Source: Octopus sinensis
Lineage: Eukaryota
Reading direction: 5' to 3'
Assembly: GCF_006345805.1 (NCBI RefSeq)
Contig: NC_042999.1
Location: forward strand, 129,766,001 to 129,830,000
DNA length: 64,000 bases
How positions within the stretch are numbered: the first letter of the stretch is position 1; each line of letters starts with the position of its first letter. A model generated the notes under the pieces. It made no database searches, was not told where the DNA came from, and worked only from the letters and a program-made list of their open reading frames with translations. This document shows positions 63,923 through 64,000 of the stretch, in pieces. The translations under genes were made by a program, and so were the position numbers.

Positions 63923-64000
63923 GCGGTACATATGTTTCGGGCCTTTATTAGACAGATTTATAACAATGCATAATGTATGTCTGTGGCCTTCTTCAGCCGC
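63923..64000 (-). ncRNA. Minimal type I hammerhead ribozyme motif (Penelope-type)
   Basis: Minus strand reads GCGG-CUGAAGA-A-GGCC...GGCC-C-GAAA-C-AUAU-G-UA-CCGC. Stems I, II and III all pair. Confidence 0.75.

Overview
AT-rich, repeat-dense eukaryotic genomic DNA. The SINE, RTE-LINE and microsatellite landscape looks like a coleoid cephalopod, most likely Octopus (inference). Two convergent multi-exon genes could be assembled by hand, with consistent splice phases at every junction. (1) On the + strand is the 3' part of a CCDC162-like coiled-coil gene: 16 exons from 2012 to 44693, about 733 aa, running off the left edge, with one apparent GC-AG intron. (2) On the - strand is a tandem cyclic-nucleotide-binding-domain gene (CNBD1/CNBD2-like): 6 exons from about 63320/63271 to 46592, about 430-450 aa. 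The introns hold three decayed mariners, two Penelope-like elements, RTE and RLE-type LINE fragments, Helitrons, hAT and TTAA-type MITEs and dozens of tRNA-derived SINEs. The most unusual signals are four. A roughly 370-bp inverted duplication with a 114-bp perfect inner stem sits between the two converging 3' ends. A near-canonical minimal type I hammerhead ribozyme lies on the - strand at the right edge. AG|GTA ratchet-like splice sites occur in the last CCDC162 intron. There is also an isolated hairpin of about 80 bp in the CNBD intron. No CRISPR array, rRNA gene or genuine tRNA gene was seen.
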